From an uncultured Desulfospira sp. (lineage in GTDB: Bacteria > Desulfobacterota > Desulfobacteria > Desulfobacterales > Desulfobacteraceae): a stretch of DNA of 64,000 bases. This document shows positions 9,453 through 18,316 of the stretch, piece by piece; the first letter of the stretch is position 1, and each line of letters starts with the position of its first letter. Under the pieces are notes generated by a model, which was not told where the DNA came from, did no database searches, and saw only the letters and a list, made by a program, of their open reading frames with translations. The translations under genes were made by a program, and so were the position numbers. Location: NCBI GenBank assembly GCA_963663165.1, contig OY760175.1, positions 6,240,001 through 6,304,000 of the forward strand, given 5' to 3'.

Positions 9453-10331
9453 TCAACCCTGATTGGTATGCAGTACCCGGACAATCCCGTCGGCAAGTCC
9501 CTGCATGGGGACGTGGATCTTTTCGCACCGGCCCCAGTCCATGGCCTTAAGGTAAATTTTCGCGCCGGGGATGATGACATCGGCCCGGTCCGGTTTAAGG
9601 TAAAAGCGCATCATCCGCTCTTCTAAAGAATAAGCGGCCAGATCGGCCCGGACCTTTTTGATTTTATCCCGGGTCACCCAGGACCCCGGCCGGCCCTTGG
9701 CCAGCTTGAACAGCTTGTTGATATTGCCGCCGCTGCCGATGGCCTCTACCGGGTCATGGCCCCGGGTTATTTTTTTCAGCCAGGACTTCATATGTTTCCA
9801 GTCCTTGTCCTGGACCCGGTCGTTGAGCAGCCGGATGGTCCCGATATTAAAAGACCGGCTGGCCCTGACCCGGCCGTCGCAGAACAGGGTAATCTCCGTG
9901 CTGCCGCCGCCCACATCCACGAACAGGGCCGCCTTTTGGGGCGAGGTCATGATCCTGTGGCGGTTTTGAAACAGATACCGGGCCTCCTGCTTGCCGTTGA
10001 TGATCTCAATGTCAATACCGGTCTTTTCTTTAATCCGCCGGCAGACGTCATCCCCGTTCTCAGCCGTTCTCATGGCGGATGTGGCGCAGGCCTTGAAGGC
10101 CACGGGCTGAAACGCGTCAATCAGGTTTGAAAACCCAGTCATGGTCTTTTGAAGTTTTTCGGCCCGTTCATCAGAGATCCGCCCGGTTAAAAAGGCATCT
10201 TCGCCCAGGCGGATGGGCATCCTCATCCAGGAAATCTTTTTGACCCGAAGATCGGCTTCTGTTTGCGAAACCATGGACAACAGCAGGCGTACCGCATTGG
10301 AACCGATGTCGATGGCCGCGTATTTAGTCAT
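9453..10331 (-). CDS. ppx: Exopolyphosphatase, Ppx/GppA family (short form)
   Basis: AAIDIGSNAVRL, IRLGEDAF, CATSAMR, FVDVGGGSTE, GSGGN, DRADVIIPGA. Start is 10331 or 10340 because 10352 lies within the predicted -10 box. Confidence 0.9.
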   Translation of the reverse strand: MTKYAAIDIGSNAVRLLLSMVSQTEADLRVKKISWMRMPIRLGEDAFLTGRISDERAEKLQKTMTGFSNLIDAFQPVAFKACATSAMRTAENGDDVCRRIKEKTGIDIEIINGKQEARYLFQNRHRIMTSPQKAALFVDVGGGSTEITLFCDGRVRASRSFNIGTIRLLNDRVQDKDWKHMKSWLKKITRGHDPVEAIGSGGNINKLFKLAKGRPGSWVTRDKIKKVRADLAAYSLEERMMRFYLKPDRADVIIPGAKIYLKAMDWGRCEKIHVPMQGLADGIVRVLHTNQG

Positions 10332-10345
10332 TGAATCCATAATGC

Positions 10346-10379
10346 TTGACATCTTAGTATAATGACGTCATTATATCAA
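10346..10379. promoter_or_regulatory. Overlapping divergent sigma70-type promoters with a perfect 18-bp palindrome (candidate RHH operator)
   Basis: + strand TTGACA(10346)-N17-CATTAT; - strand TTGATA(10379)-N17-TAAGAT; palindrome TATAATGACGTCATTATA at 10358-10375. Confidence 0.7.
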
Positions 10380-10410
10380 GACAGAAAAATCATGCTAACA
10401 AGGATCTCAC

Positions 10411-10572
10411 ATGGCTAAATCCAAAAAGGTGAACACCTCTCTTCGGCTGGAAAAAAAGGTTTTAAAAGAGCTTAAAATCCTGGCCATTGAAAAAGAGACC
10501 AGTGTTCAGGCCATCATGGAAAGACTCATCCACGAATATATTCAAAAAAATAAGGAAAAAACGGACCCATGA
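10411..10572 (+). CDS. 53-aa ribbon-helix-helix DNA-binding protein (CopG/ParG-like), not in the ORF track
   Basis: MAKSKKVNTSLRLEKKVLKELKILAIEKETSVQAIMERLIHEYIQKNKEKTDP; AAGGA upstream; TGA overlaps the CHAD ATG (ATGA). Confidence 0.8.
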   Translation: MAKSKKVNTSLRLEKKVLKELKILAIEKETSVQAIMERLIHEYIQKNKEKTDP

Positions 10573-12080
10573 ATCTACCCGATCCCGGAACGTTTACGTT
10601 TCCGGCCGCCATCAAATTAAAAAGCCTTAACGCCGGACTCAAAGATTCCGGGATGATCCTTGAGGCAAATCCAGTGGAACCGGAGGACGGAATCGTTCTG
10701 GATACCTTTGATTCGGCCGTTTACCATTCACACAGCATCCTGTTGCAAACCGACGGCCGTCTGATCCGGATCTGTTATAAAGCCGGCCCCACGGTTCAGC
10801 CGGCCCCCAAAGGCAGCTGGAAATTCGCCAAAGACCTTCCCGACGGGGAGATAAAAACTTTTTTAGTGTCCCTGTGCCCCTTGCGTGCCCTCATGTCCGA
10901 GGGGAAAATTAAGCTGACCCTGGACACACTGCGGCTCCTGGATGACGAGAAGAAAACCCGCTGCCGAATTGAGGTGGTCTGCATCACCCGGGAGGCGCTT
11001 TCCTGGACCTTTATGCGAACCCTTCCCATGCGTGGTTATAACGCTGCCCATGACCTGATTTGCGACCTTCTCAATAAGGATGCTTTCCCGGCTTCTCCGG
11101 CAGAAGTTTTGAACCTGCCCATTTCAAACTATACCGCCAAGCCGGAGATCCGCCTTTCCCCCAAAGTGCCCATCAAGACCAGCCTGTGTGCTATTGTCAG
11201 TGCCTATCTTAATGTCACCCGCCTTAACGAAACCGGCCTTGCCAATGACATTGACACTGAATTTTTACACCAGTGGCGGGTCAGCCTGCGGAAAGTGCGG
11301 TCCGTGCTGACCCTGTTCAAGGGGGTGGTTGAAGCCCAAACCCTTGACAGGCTGAACCAGGATTTCAAAACCATTATGCAGGACACCAACCTGATGCGGG
11401 ACCGGGACGTTTACCTTTTATCCCGGGAAGACTACATGGCCATGGTGCCCCCTAAGGCACATCCCGGCCTTGAAATCCTCTTTGACCTGCTCGGGCAGGA
11501 GAGAAACCAGGCCTTTGAAAAGGTTAAGGCCATGCTCAGGTCCAAGGCCTACAAAAAACAGTTCAAAGCCCTTCAGGACCTGTTCAACGCCCCCAAAACC
11601 CTGCCGGCGGGGCCAAAGGCGGATGCCCCGTCCCGGGAGTTTGCCGCAGAACTTATTCTCAAACGGTATAAAAAGGTGTGCAAACTGGCAAAGGCCATTA
11701 CGGCCCAGACCCCGGATGAGACCATCCATGACTTGAGGATTCAGTGCAAAAAACTGCGCTACCTTATTGAATCGTCCGCCCCCCTGTTCGACCCCCAGAA
11801 GGGAAAGGACCTGCTCAAAACCCTTAAAGGCCTTCAGGAACACTTAGGGAATTTTAACGACCAGTCGGTCCAGCAGGTGACCTTAGCCCAGTGCCTTGAC
11901 CGGTATGCCGGCAAAGATGAGACCCAAAAGGCCCTGGCCGAAAGCATCGGTGCCCTGACCGCCATGCTTTACACCAGGCAGCTTGCCGAACGTCAGTTGA
12001 TTATTGACAACCTTTCCCAGTTTTACAGCCCCGAGACCCGGGACGCCGTTAACCAGCTTTTTGACCCAAAGGAGGCTTAA
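10569..12080 (+). CDS. CHAD domain protein (polyphosphate-binding family)
   Basis: DIDTEFLHQWRVSLRKVRS, RDRDV, IHDLRIQCKKLRYLIE, LQEHLGNFND. Confidence 0.88.
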   Translation: MNLPDPGTFTFPAAIKLKSLNAGLKDSGMILEANPVEPEDGIVLDTFDSAVYHSHSILLQTDGRLIRICYKAGPTVQPAPKGSWKFAKDLPDGEIKTFLVSLCPLRALMSEGKIKLTLDTLRLLDDEKKTRCRIEVVCITREALSWTFMRTLPMRGYNAAHDLICDLLNKDAFPASPAEVLNLPISNYTAKPEIRLSPKVPIKTSLCAIVSAYLNVTRLNETGLANDIDTEFLHQWRVSLRKVRSVLTLFKGVVEAQTLDRLNQDFKTIMQDTNLMRDRDVYLLSREDYMAMVPPKAHPGLEILFDLLGQERNQAFEKVKAMLRSKAYKKQFKALQDLFNAPKTLPAGPKADAPSREFAAELILKRYKKVCKLAKAITAQTPDETIHDLRIQCKKLRYLIESSAPLFDPQKGKDLLKTLKGLQEHLGNFNDQSVQQVTLAQCLDRYAGKDETQKALAESIGALTAMLYTRQLAERQLIIDNLSQFYSPETRDAVNQLFDPKEA

Positions 12081-12084
12081 ATCC

Positions 12085-12819
12085 GTGAAACTCATTGCCT
12101 GCTATTCCAACAAGGGCGGGGTCGGCAAAACTGCGGCCTCGGTCAACCTGTCCTATGCCAGCGCCCTTTGGGGCAACAAAACCCTGTTGTGCGACCTGGA
12201 CCCCCAGGGGGCTTCGGGATTTTACTTTCGAGTAAAGCCGTCCAAAAAGCTTACGGACCAGACCTTTTTCAAGGATACCCGGAAATTTGCAGACGCCATC
12301 CGGGCCAGTGACTATGAAAACCTGGATCTGCTGCCGGCCAATTTAAGTTTCAGGGATTTTGACATTCTGCTGTCAAGGATGAAAAAAAGCCGGACCCGGC
12401 TCGATAAACCCTTAAAATCCGTGGACGGGGAATATGATGTGATTATTTTGGACTGCCCCCCCAACATCTCCCTTTTGTCTGAAAATGTCTTTAAGGTGGC
12501 CGATCAGATTGTGGTACCGGTGATTCCCACCACCCTTTCCCAGCGAAGCCTTGAGCATCTGTACGATTTTTTCAAGGACAATGGGTATAAGACGGGTAAA
12601 ATACAGCCGTTTTTCTCCATGGTCCAGCAAAGCAAGTCACTTCATATAACCACCATGGAACAGATCCGGGCCGGCCATAAAAAAGTAATGAACACCAGTA
12701 TTCCCTTTTCCACCCATATTGAACGGATGGGCATCTACCGGGCCCCGGCCTTAAGCTATGCCGGAAAGGAGACCGCTGTGGCCGCCTATATGGACTTGTG
12801 GAAAGAAATTCAAAATTAA
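12085..12819 (+). CDS. ParA/MinD-family ATPase (orphan, no ParB nearby)
   Basis: GTG start after AAGGAGG; deviant Walker A YSNKGGVGKT, LCDLDPQG, IILDCPP, VPVIPTTLS. Confidence 0.9.
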   Translation: MKLIACYSNKGGVGKTAASVNLSYASALWGNKTLLCDLDPQGASGFYFRVKPSKKLTDQTFFKDTRKFADAIRASDYENLDLLPANLSFRDFDILLSRMKKSRTRLDKPLKSVDGEYDVIILDCPPNISLLSENVFKVADQIVVPVIPTTLSQRSLEHLYDFFKDNGYKTGKIQPFFSMVQQSKSLHITTMEQIRAGHKKVMNTSIPFSTHIERMGIYRAPALSYAGKETAVAAYMDLWKEIQN

Positions 12820-12826
12820 CGGCCAC

Positions 12827-12861
12827 ACAGCTAAAGGCTAACAGCTGAAAGCTAAAGGCTC
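12827..12861 (+). repeat. Five imperfect heptamers (ACAGCTA/AAGGCTA)
   Basis: ACAGCTA AAGGCTA ACAGCTG AAAGCTA AAGGCTC between parA and the CYTH gene. Confidence 0.65.
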
Positions 12862-12882
12862 TAAGACAAGGTCCCATTTATC

Positions 12883-13344
12883 ATGAAAGAGATTGAACGA
12901 AAATTTTTGCTGTCCCAGATGCCGGACATTCCTTTGCAATCCACCGTGTCGGTCCGGCAGGGCTATATTACCGAATCTGAGGACTCTGTGGAGGTCCGGC
13001 TGCGCCAGAAAGGGGACCGCTTTTTTATGACCGTTAAAAAGGGCCAGGGCCTTGTCCGGGAAGAGGGGGAAATCAGCATTACACCAGAAGATTTTAACCG
13101 GCTGTGGCCCATGACCCGGGGAAGACAGGTGGAAAAGACCCGGTCCAAATCTGATTTAGGAAACGGACTGGTCGCGGAAATCGATGTCTTTTCAGGGGAT
13201 CTTGAGGGCCTGATGCTTTGTGAGGTGGAGTTCAAAGACCCGGACCAGGCTGAACAATTTACTCCCCCCTGGTGGTTTGGCACCGATGTGACCCAGGACA
13301 GCCGGTACAAAAACAAGAGCCTTGCCCAAAAGGGGATTCCTTAA
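12883..13344 (+). CDS. CYTH domain (triphosphate tunnel metalloenzyme) protein
   Basis: EIERKFL, RQGYI, VRLR, EIDVF, CEVEF, DVT.DSRYKN. Confidence 0.9.
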   Translation: MKEIERKFLLSQMPDIPLQSTVSVRQGYITESEDSVEVRLRQKGDRFFMTVKKGQGLVREEGEISITPEDFNRLWPMTRGRQVEKTRSKSDLGNGLVAEIDVFSGDLEGLMLCEVEFKDPDQAEQFTPPWWFGTDVTQDSRYKNKSLAQKGIP

Positions 13345-13358
13345 CAAGGAGAAACACC

Positions 13359-14282
13359 ATGGATCGACGGGATTTTTTAAAAAAGGCTATTGGCGGCGGG
13401 ATTGCGGCCGGGTCCGCCCTTGCCCTCACAGGGGCCGGCAGGCTCTGGGCTTCGCCCCAAAAAAGCCCGGGGGAAGTGGTTGACCTGGTGGCGGTCAGGG
13501 GAGGGGAACCGGACGAGATGTTTGATGCAGCCATCCCTTCTCTGGGCGGGATTAACGCTTTCGTGCCCAGGGGCAGCCGGGTCCTGGTCAAGCCGAATAT
13601 CGGCTGGGATGCCCCGCCTGAACGGGCCGGCAACACCCATCCGGCCCTGGTGGGTCACATTATCGGACAATGCCTTCTGGCCGGGGCAAAAGAGGTGACG
13701 GTATTTGACCACACCTGTGACAACTGGCGGCGCTGCTATAAAAACAGCGGCATAGAAGATGCGGTAAATGCTGCCGGCGGGAAAATGGTATCCGGCGATA
13801 ATGAGGGGTATTACAAAAGCGTTCCCGTGCCCAGAGGGGTGCGGCTCAAAGAAGCCAAAGTCCATGAGGCCCTCCTTAATGCGGATGTGTTCATCAATGT
13901 GCCGGTACTCAAGCACCACAGTTCTTCCATGGTGACCATCGGCATGAAAAACCTGATGGGGGTGGTCTGGGACCGCTGGTCCTGGCACCGCAACGACCTT
14001 CACCAGTGCATTGCGGATTTTGCGTCCTTTAGAAAACCCGACCTCACGGTGGTGGACGCCTATAATGTGATGAAACGCAACGGCCCGAGAGGGGTGTCGG
14101 TCAGTGATGTGGTCTTATTGAAAGCCCAGGTCCTTTCCACAGACCCGGTGGCGGCCGATGCGGCAGGGGCCAGACTCTTTGGGGAAGAGCCCGGCGATAT
14201 CCGCCACATAAGGATCGCGTCTGAAATGAACCTGGGAACCATGAACCTTGAAGCCCTGTCCATCAACCGCATCAAACTGTAA
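13359..14282 (+). CDS. DUF362 domain protein with twin-arginine signal peptide
   Basis: ATG after AAGGAG; MDRRDFLK; VLVKPNIGWD, NTHPALV, INVPVLKHH, MKNLMG. Confidence 0.85.
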   Translation: MDRRDFLKKAIGGGIAAGSALALTGAGRLWASPQKSPGEVVDLVAVRGGEPDEMFDAAIPSLGGINAFVPRGSRVLVKPNIGWDAPPERAGNTHPALVGHIIGQCLLAGAKEVTVFDHTCDNWRRCYKNSGIEDAVNAAGGKMVSGDNEGYYKSVPVPRGVRLKEAKVHEALLNADVFINVPVLKHHSSSMVTIGMKNLMGVVWDRWSWHRNDLHQCIADFASFRKPDLTVVDAYNVMKRNGPRGVSVSDVVLLKAQVLSTDPVAADAAGARLFGEEPGDIRHIRIASEMNLGTMNLEALSINRIKL

Positions 14283-15869
14283 ATGAAGCTTTCCCATATC
14301 AAGCGGTTCCGGGTGTCCATGGCCATTGTTTTTTGGGTGTCCACCGCCGTTCTTTTCCTGGATCTTTGGGACACCGGGGTCAGTACCGTTGCCGGGGAAT
14401 TGCTTTTTTTGCAGGTCGTCCCGTCACTGCTCAACTTCCTGAACCATGGGGCCGTTGAGGGCGCAGGGTTTATGATTGTTCTTTTGATCACCCTGGTGTT
14501 CGGCAGGATTTACTGTTCGGCGATTTGCCCCTTGGGGATATTCCAGGATATGATTGCCCGGCTGTTTTCAAAAAAAACGCCCCCGGGCAAACAACGGTAC
14601 CGGTATGCCTTTTCACCGCCTTTCACCGTCCTGCGGTATACCATCCTGTGCCTGACAATTCTCACCTTTATGCTGGGCAGCGGACTGATACTGAACCTTC
14701 TGGATCCGTTCAGCAGTTTTGGCCGGATTCTGGCCCATGTTTTCCGCCCCATTGCCGTCGCGGTAAACAACCTTGCAGTGCCCTTGACTGACGTTCTGGG
14801 CGTCCCGGCTCTTTTCCTTGTCCAGTGGCCGGTGCTGGCCCCGGTGTCCTTAGGTGTTGCCCTGGCAGCCCTGGGCCTTTTGGGATGGATGAGTGCCCGG
14901 CACGGCCGCCTTTGCTGCAACACCATCTGCCCTGTGGGAACCCTGCTTGGCCTGGTTTCAAAGGTGTCTCTGGTCAGAATCGGCATTGACACGGGGGCCT
15001 GCAAGTCCTGCGGCCAATGCATGAGCGTATGCAAGGCCGGCTGTATTGATGTAAAGACCAAACAGGTGGATATCAGCCGGTGCGTTGCTTGCTTTAACTG
15101 CCTTTCCGCCTGTCCTGGCCAGGCCATGACCTACAAGCCGGGGCGACAGCCTGCAAAAATGAACGTCAATGTTCCGGCTGGCCGAAGGGGATTCATGCTT
15201 GCCCTTGCGGCGGGTGCTGCCGGCATGGCGTCGACAAGGCTTTGTGCCCAGCCCAACCCTTTGCCGGCTCAGGCCAGGCCCACCACCATTCCTGAAAAAA
15301 GAACCTGCCCCATATCCCCGCCTGGCTCTGTGGGTATTGACCGATACACCGGCATCTGCACGGCCTGCCATCTGTGCGTCTGTGCCTGCCCGTCCCGGGT
15401 GCTGGTGCCCTCGATGTTTTCTTTCGGGCTGTCCGGGGTCATGCAGCCGAAAATGGATTTTTCTTCTGGCCACTGCAACTATGACTGCACGGTCTGTTCA
15501 CAGGTCTGCCCCACCAATGCCATCCAGCCCCTGTCAACGCAAAAAAAACGACAGACCCAGGTGGGCACAGCCAAATTCATCAAAGAAAACTGTGTGGTCT
15601 ATACGGACCAGACCAACTGCGGCGCCTGCTCGGAACACTGCCCCACCAAGGCGGTTCACATGGTGCCCTACCTCAATGTTGACGGCCGGAAGCTGGTGAT
15701 TCCCCAGGTAAACGAAGCCATTTGCGTGGGTTGCGGCGGGTGTGAACATGCCTGCCCCACCCGGCCTTACAAAGCCATTTATGTGGACGGCAACCCGGTT
15801 CACCGTGTGGCGGATAAACCGTTAGAACAAAAACTTGATGCCGATACCGGGAAAGACTTTCCGTTTTGA
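14283..15869 (+). CDS. Membrane polyferredoxin (NapH/MauN-like membrane part plus multiple 4Fe-4S domains)
   Basis: GRIYCSAICPLG, CNTICPVG, several CxxCxxCxxxC(P) motifs, PPGS; internal GRRGFML motif. Confidence 0.85.
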   Translation: MKLSHIKRFRVSMAIVFWVSTAVLFLDLWDTGVSTVAGELLFLQVVPSLLNFLNHGAVEGAGFMIVLLITLVFGRIYCSAICPLGIFQDMIARLFSKKTPPGKQRYRYAFSPPFTVLRYTILCLTILTFMLGSGLILNLLDPFSSFGRILAHVFRPIAVAVNNLAVPLTDVLGVPALFLVQWPVLAPVSLGVALAALGLLGWMSARHGRLCCNTICPVGTLLGLVSKVSLVRIGIDTGACKSCGQCMSVCKAGCIDVKTKQVDISRCVACFNCLSACPGQAMTYKPGRQPAKMNVNVPAGRRGFMLALAAGAAGMASTRLCAQPNPLPAQARPTTIPEKRTCPISPPGSVGIDRYTGICTACHLCVCACPSRVLVPSMFSFGLSGVMQPKMDFSSGHCNYDCTVCSQVCPTNAIQPLSTQKKRQTQVGTAKFIKENCVVYTDQTNCGACSEHCPTKAVHMVPYLNVDGRKLVIPQVNEAICVGCGGCEHACPTRPYKAIYVDGNPVHRVADKPLEQKLDADTGKDFPF

Positions 15870-15978
15870 CCGCGGCATCGATGTTCATACGGTGGGGCAG
15901 TTTTTAAATTCGTTGTCATATCCCCGGTGTCCGGGCTATGGCAATTTTAGGCTGGAAATGGGGTTTATCTTCAAAAAA

Positions 15979-16064
15979 TTGGACTTGGGACTTGGGATAT
16001 GGGACCTGGGGATTGCGGCATCCACGGCCTCCCCAAGTCCCATATCCCATATCCCAAGTCTCAA
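15979..16064. repeat. Hairpin with heptamer-periodic arms (TTGGGAY / RTCCCAA)
   Basis: TTGGAC TTGGGAC TTGGGAT ATGGGAC CTGGGGA ... TCCCCAAG TCCCATA TCCCATA TCCCAAG TCTCAA. Confidence 0.75.
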
Positions 16065-16191
16065 CAATATACATTATAATCCTTCCCAAAGAACACCAAA
16101 CCCAAAACCGGAGATACACCTTTGCCCTGATTCCCGGATTTGCCTGTCTGGTATCTTTCTGAAAGTTGTGCTATAAACCCCTGCCGTAACT

Positions 16192-18228
16192 ATGAATGAT
16201 TTGCAGGAAATGGTCAGCGTGGAAAAGAAAAAATACAGGTTTGATAATAACTTCCTGGTTCTGGAAACCGAATGCGGTGAATATAAATTCCAGATCAGTG
16301 GGGAGACCGGACAGGCCGACGCCGAAAAGATTGCCGGGATCATGACCGGTGAAATGGAAAAAGCAGACCAGGTCTTTGATCAGGGCCAGATGAAATCAAG
16401 CCCCTATGCCAAACTGTTGCTTGCCAACCTGAACATTTCAGACCGGTTTGTCCGCCTTGAAAACAAGTATGAAGCGCTTGCCCGGGCTTACGAAGATTTA
16501 AAGGACCGGTCGGCCCGGGTCCATGATTCGGAAAATCCCGGCCAAACGGTTTCACGAGAACCGGACACCCCCCTGGCGGCCCCGGCCCCGGAAGCCGTTC
16601 ATAATGATACGGCCGTTTCAGCCCCCCAAAAGCCGGGTCCCCTGATCCGCCAGATTCTTGGCAATCTGGCCGCCTCCCCGGCCCTTGAAGAACCGTCATC
16701 TGACGGCGGGAAAGACACCCGGCCATCCGGCAGCCGGACTGAACCTGAACCGGCCGGACAACCGCCGGCCCTGTCCCGCCCCATGCCCCCGGAGACCGGA
16801 AAGTTTACCCTGCCGTCCCTGGATTTTCTTGAACAGGGAAAACAGGAAGCCGCCGTTGACCATGAGGTCATCCGGCGGGATGCGGAACTGCTTGAGCAGA
16901 AACTGGGGTATTTCGGCATCAAGGGAGAGGTCATGGAAGTCTCTCCCGGCCCTGTGATCACCACCTTTGAATACAAGCCGGCCCCGGGGATTAAAATCAG
17001 TAAAATCGTTAACCTGGCCGATGATCTGGCCCTGGCCTTGAGCGCGTTGAGCATCCGCCTGGTGGCCCCCATACCAGGGAAAGACGTCATCGGCGTTGAA
17101 ATCCCCAACCCGAGCATGAGCATTGTTCCATTCCGGGATATTGTCAGTTCCAAAGCGTTTGAACAGATCCATTCTCCCACCCCCATCTGCCTGGGCAAGG
17201 ACATCATCGGCAACCCGGTGGTGGTGGGGCTTGAGAAAATGCCCCATCTGCTCATCGCCGGGGCCACGGGAACCGGTAAAAGCGTGGCCTTGAATGCCAT
17301 GATTGCCAGTATCCTGTACAAATCTACCCCGGACCGGGTGAAATTCATCATGATTGATCCCAAGCGGATCGAGCTTTCCCTGTTCAACGACATCCCCCAT
17401 CTGCTCACCCCGGTGATCACGGATATGAAAAAGGCCACCATTGCCCTTCAGTGGGTGGTCCGGGAGATGGAACATCGGTACGAACAGCTGGCAAAGCACA
17501 AGGTCAGAAATATCGAGCAGTACAACCGGAAAATCAGGAAAAAGGAGCTGTCAAAGGATGTGGAAAGCCCTGAGCCCTTTCCCTACATTATCGTGATCAT
17601 TGACGAGCTGGCAGACCTGATGATGACGGCCAGCAAGGATATTGAATTTTCCCTTACCCGCATCGCCCAGATGGCCAGGGCGGCCGGCATTCACCTGATT
17701 CTGGCCACCCAGCGCCCGTCAGTGGATGTCTTAACCGGCATTATCAAGGCCAATTTCCCCACCCGGATATCCTTTCAGGTCTCTTCAAAGACCGACTCCA
17801 GAACGATTATTGACGCCAACGGGGCGGAAACCCTTCTGGGCAGGGGGGATATGCTCTTTGTGCCGCCGGGAACAGCCCGGCTCCAACGGGTCCACGGCAC
17901 CTACCTGTCTGAAAAAGAGCTTGTCACCATCACCGATTTTGTCAAAGCCCAGGGAGCCCCCGAATACGTTCTGGACATCACCACGGAGAAAGACGACGTC
18001 ATGGAAGTCGTTGACATCAGTGATGATGAATATGATGAAAAATACCAGCAGGCTATAGACCATGTCATGTCCACCCGGCAGGCCTCCATATCCGGTGTCC
18101 AGCGGGCATTGAGAATCGGCTACAACCGGGCCGCAAGGATTATTGATATCATGGAAAAAAACGGGGTGGTTTCCCCGTCGGACGGGGTCAAGCCCCGGCA
18201 GGTTCTCAAGGGCCCGGATTATTTTTAA
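16192..18228 (+). CDS. ftsK: FtsK/SpoIIIE DNA translocase lacking N-terminal TM helices; ZapA-like N-terminal domain, Pro-rich linker, motor and gamma domains
   Basis: PGPVITTFE, IGVEIPN, PHLLIAGATGTGKS, MIDPK, IIDELADLM, LATQRPS, GAETLLGRGDML, gamma domain LRIGYNRAARII. Confidence 0.9.
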   Translation: MNDLQEMVSVEKKKYRFDNNFLVLETECGEYKFQISGETGQADAEKIAGIMTGEMEKADQVFDQGQMKSSPYAKLLLANLNISDRFVRLENKYEALARAYEDLKDRSARVHDSENPGQTVSREPDTPLAAPAPEAVHNDTAVSAPQKPGPLIRQILGNLAASPALEEPSSDGGKDTRPSGSRTEPEPAGQPPALSRPMPPETGKFTLPSLDFLEQGKQEAAVDHEVIRRDAELLEQKLGYFGIKGEVMEVSPGPVITTFEYKPAPGIKISKIVNLADDLALALSALSIRLVAPIPGKDVIGVEIPNPSMSIVPFRDIVSSKAFEQIHSPTPICLGKDIIGNPVVVGLEKMPHLLIAGATGTGKSVALNAMIASILYKSTPDRVKFIMIDPKRIELSLFNDIPHLLTPVITDMKKATIALQWVVREMEHRYEQLAKHKVRNIEQYNRKIRKKELSKDVESPEPFPYIIVIIDELADLMMTASKDIEFSLTRIAQMARAAGIHLILATQRPSVDVLTGIIKANFPTRISFQVSSKTDSRTIIDANGAETLLGRGDMLFVPPGTARLQRVHGTYLSEKELVTITDFVKAQGAPEYVLDITTEKDDVMEVVDISDDEYDEKYQQAIDHVMSTRQASISGVQRALRIGYNRAARIIDIMEKNGVVSPSDGVKPRQVLKGPDYF

Positions 18229-18247
18229 CCACAGGGACAACAGGGGC

Positions 18248-18283
18248 GAAGACCCCGGGATACAGGAAGACCCGGGGATACAG
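18248..18283 (+). repeat. 18-bp tandem duplication between convergent genes
   Basis: GAAGACCCCGGGATACAG GAAGACCCGGGGATACAG. Confidence 0.6.
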
Positions 18284-18316
18284 AAAAGCCTTAACTGAAA
18301 AAAAGTCTCCCGGCCT

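Noticed and set aside
10411..12819. RHH plus ParA as an integrated plasmid partition cassette
   Set aside because: The two genes are separated by CHAD, with no rep gene, iterons or centromere array, and the neighbours are polyP genes. Kept only as an alternative hypothesis.
15835..16176. ORFs upstream of ftsK that might encode its missing TM domain
   Set aside because: They translate the TTGGGAY heptamer hairpin, have no TM helices and are too short, so there is no evidence of a frameshifted canonical FtsK N-terminus.
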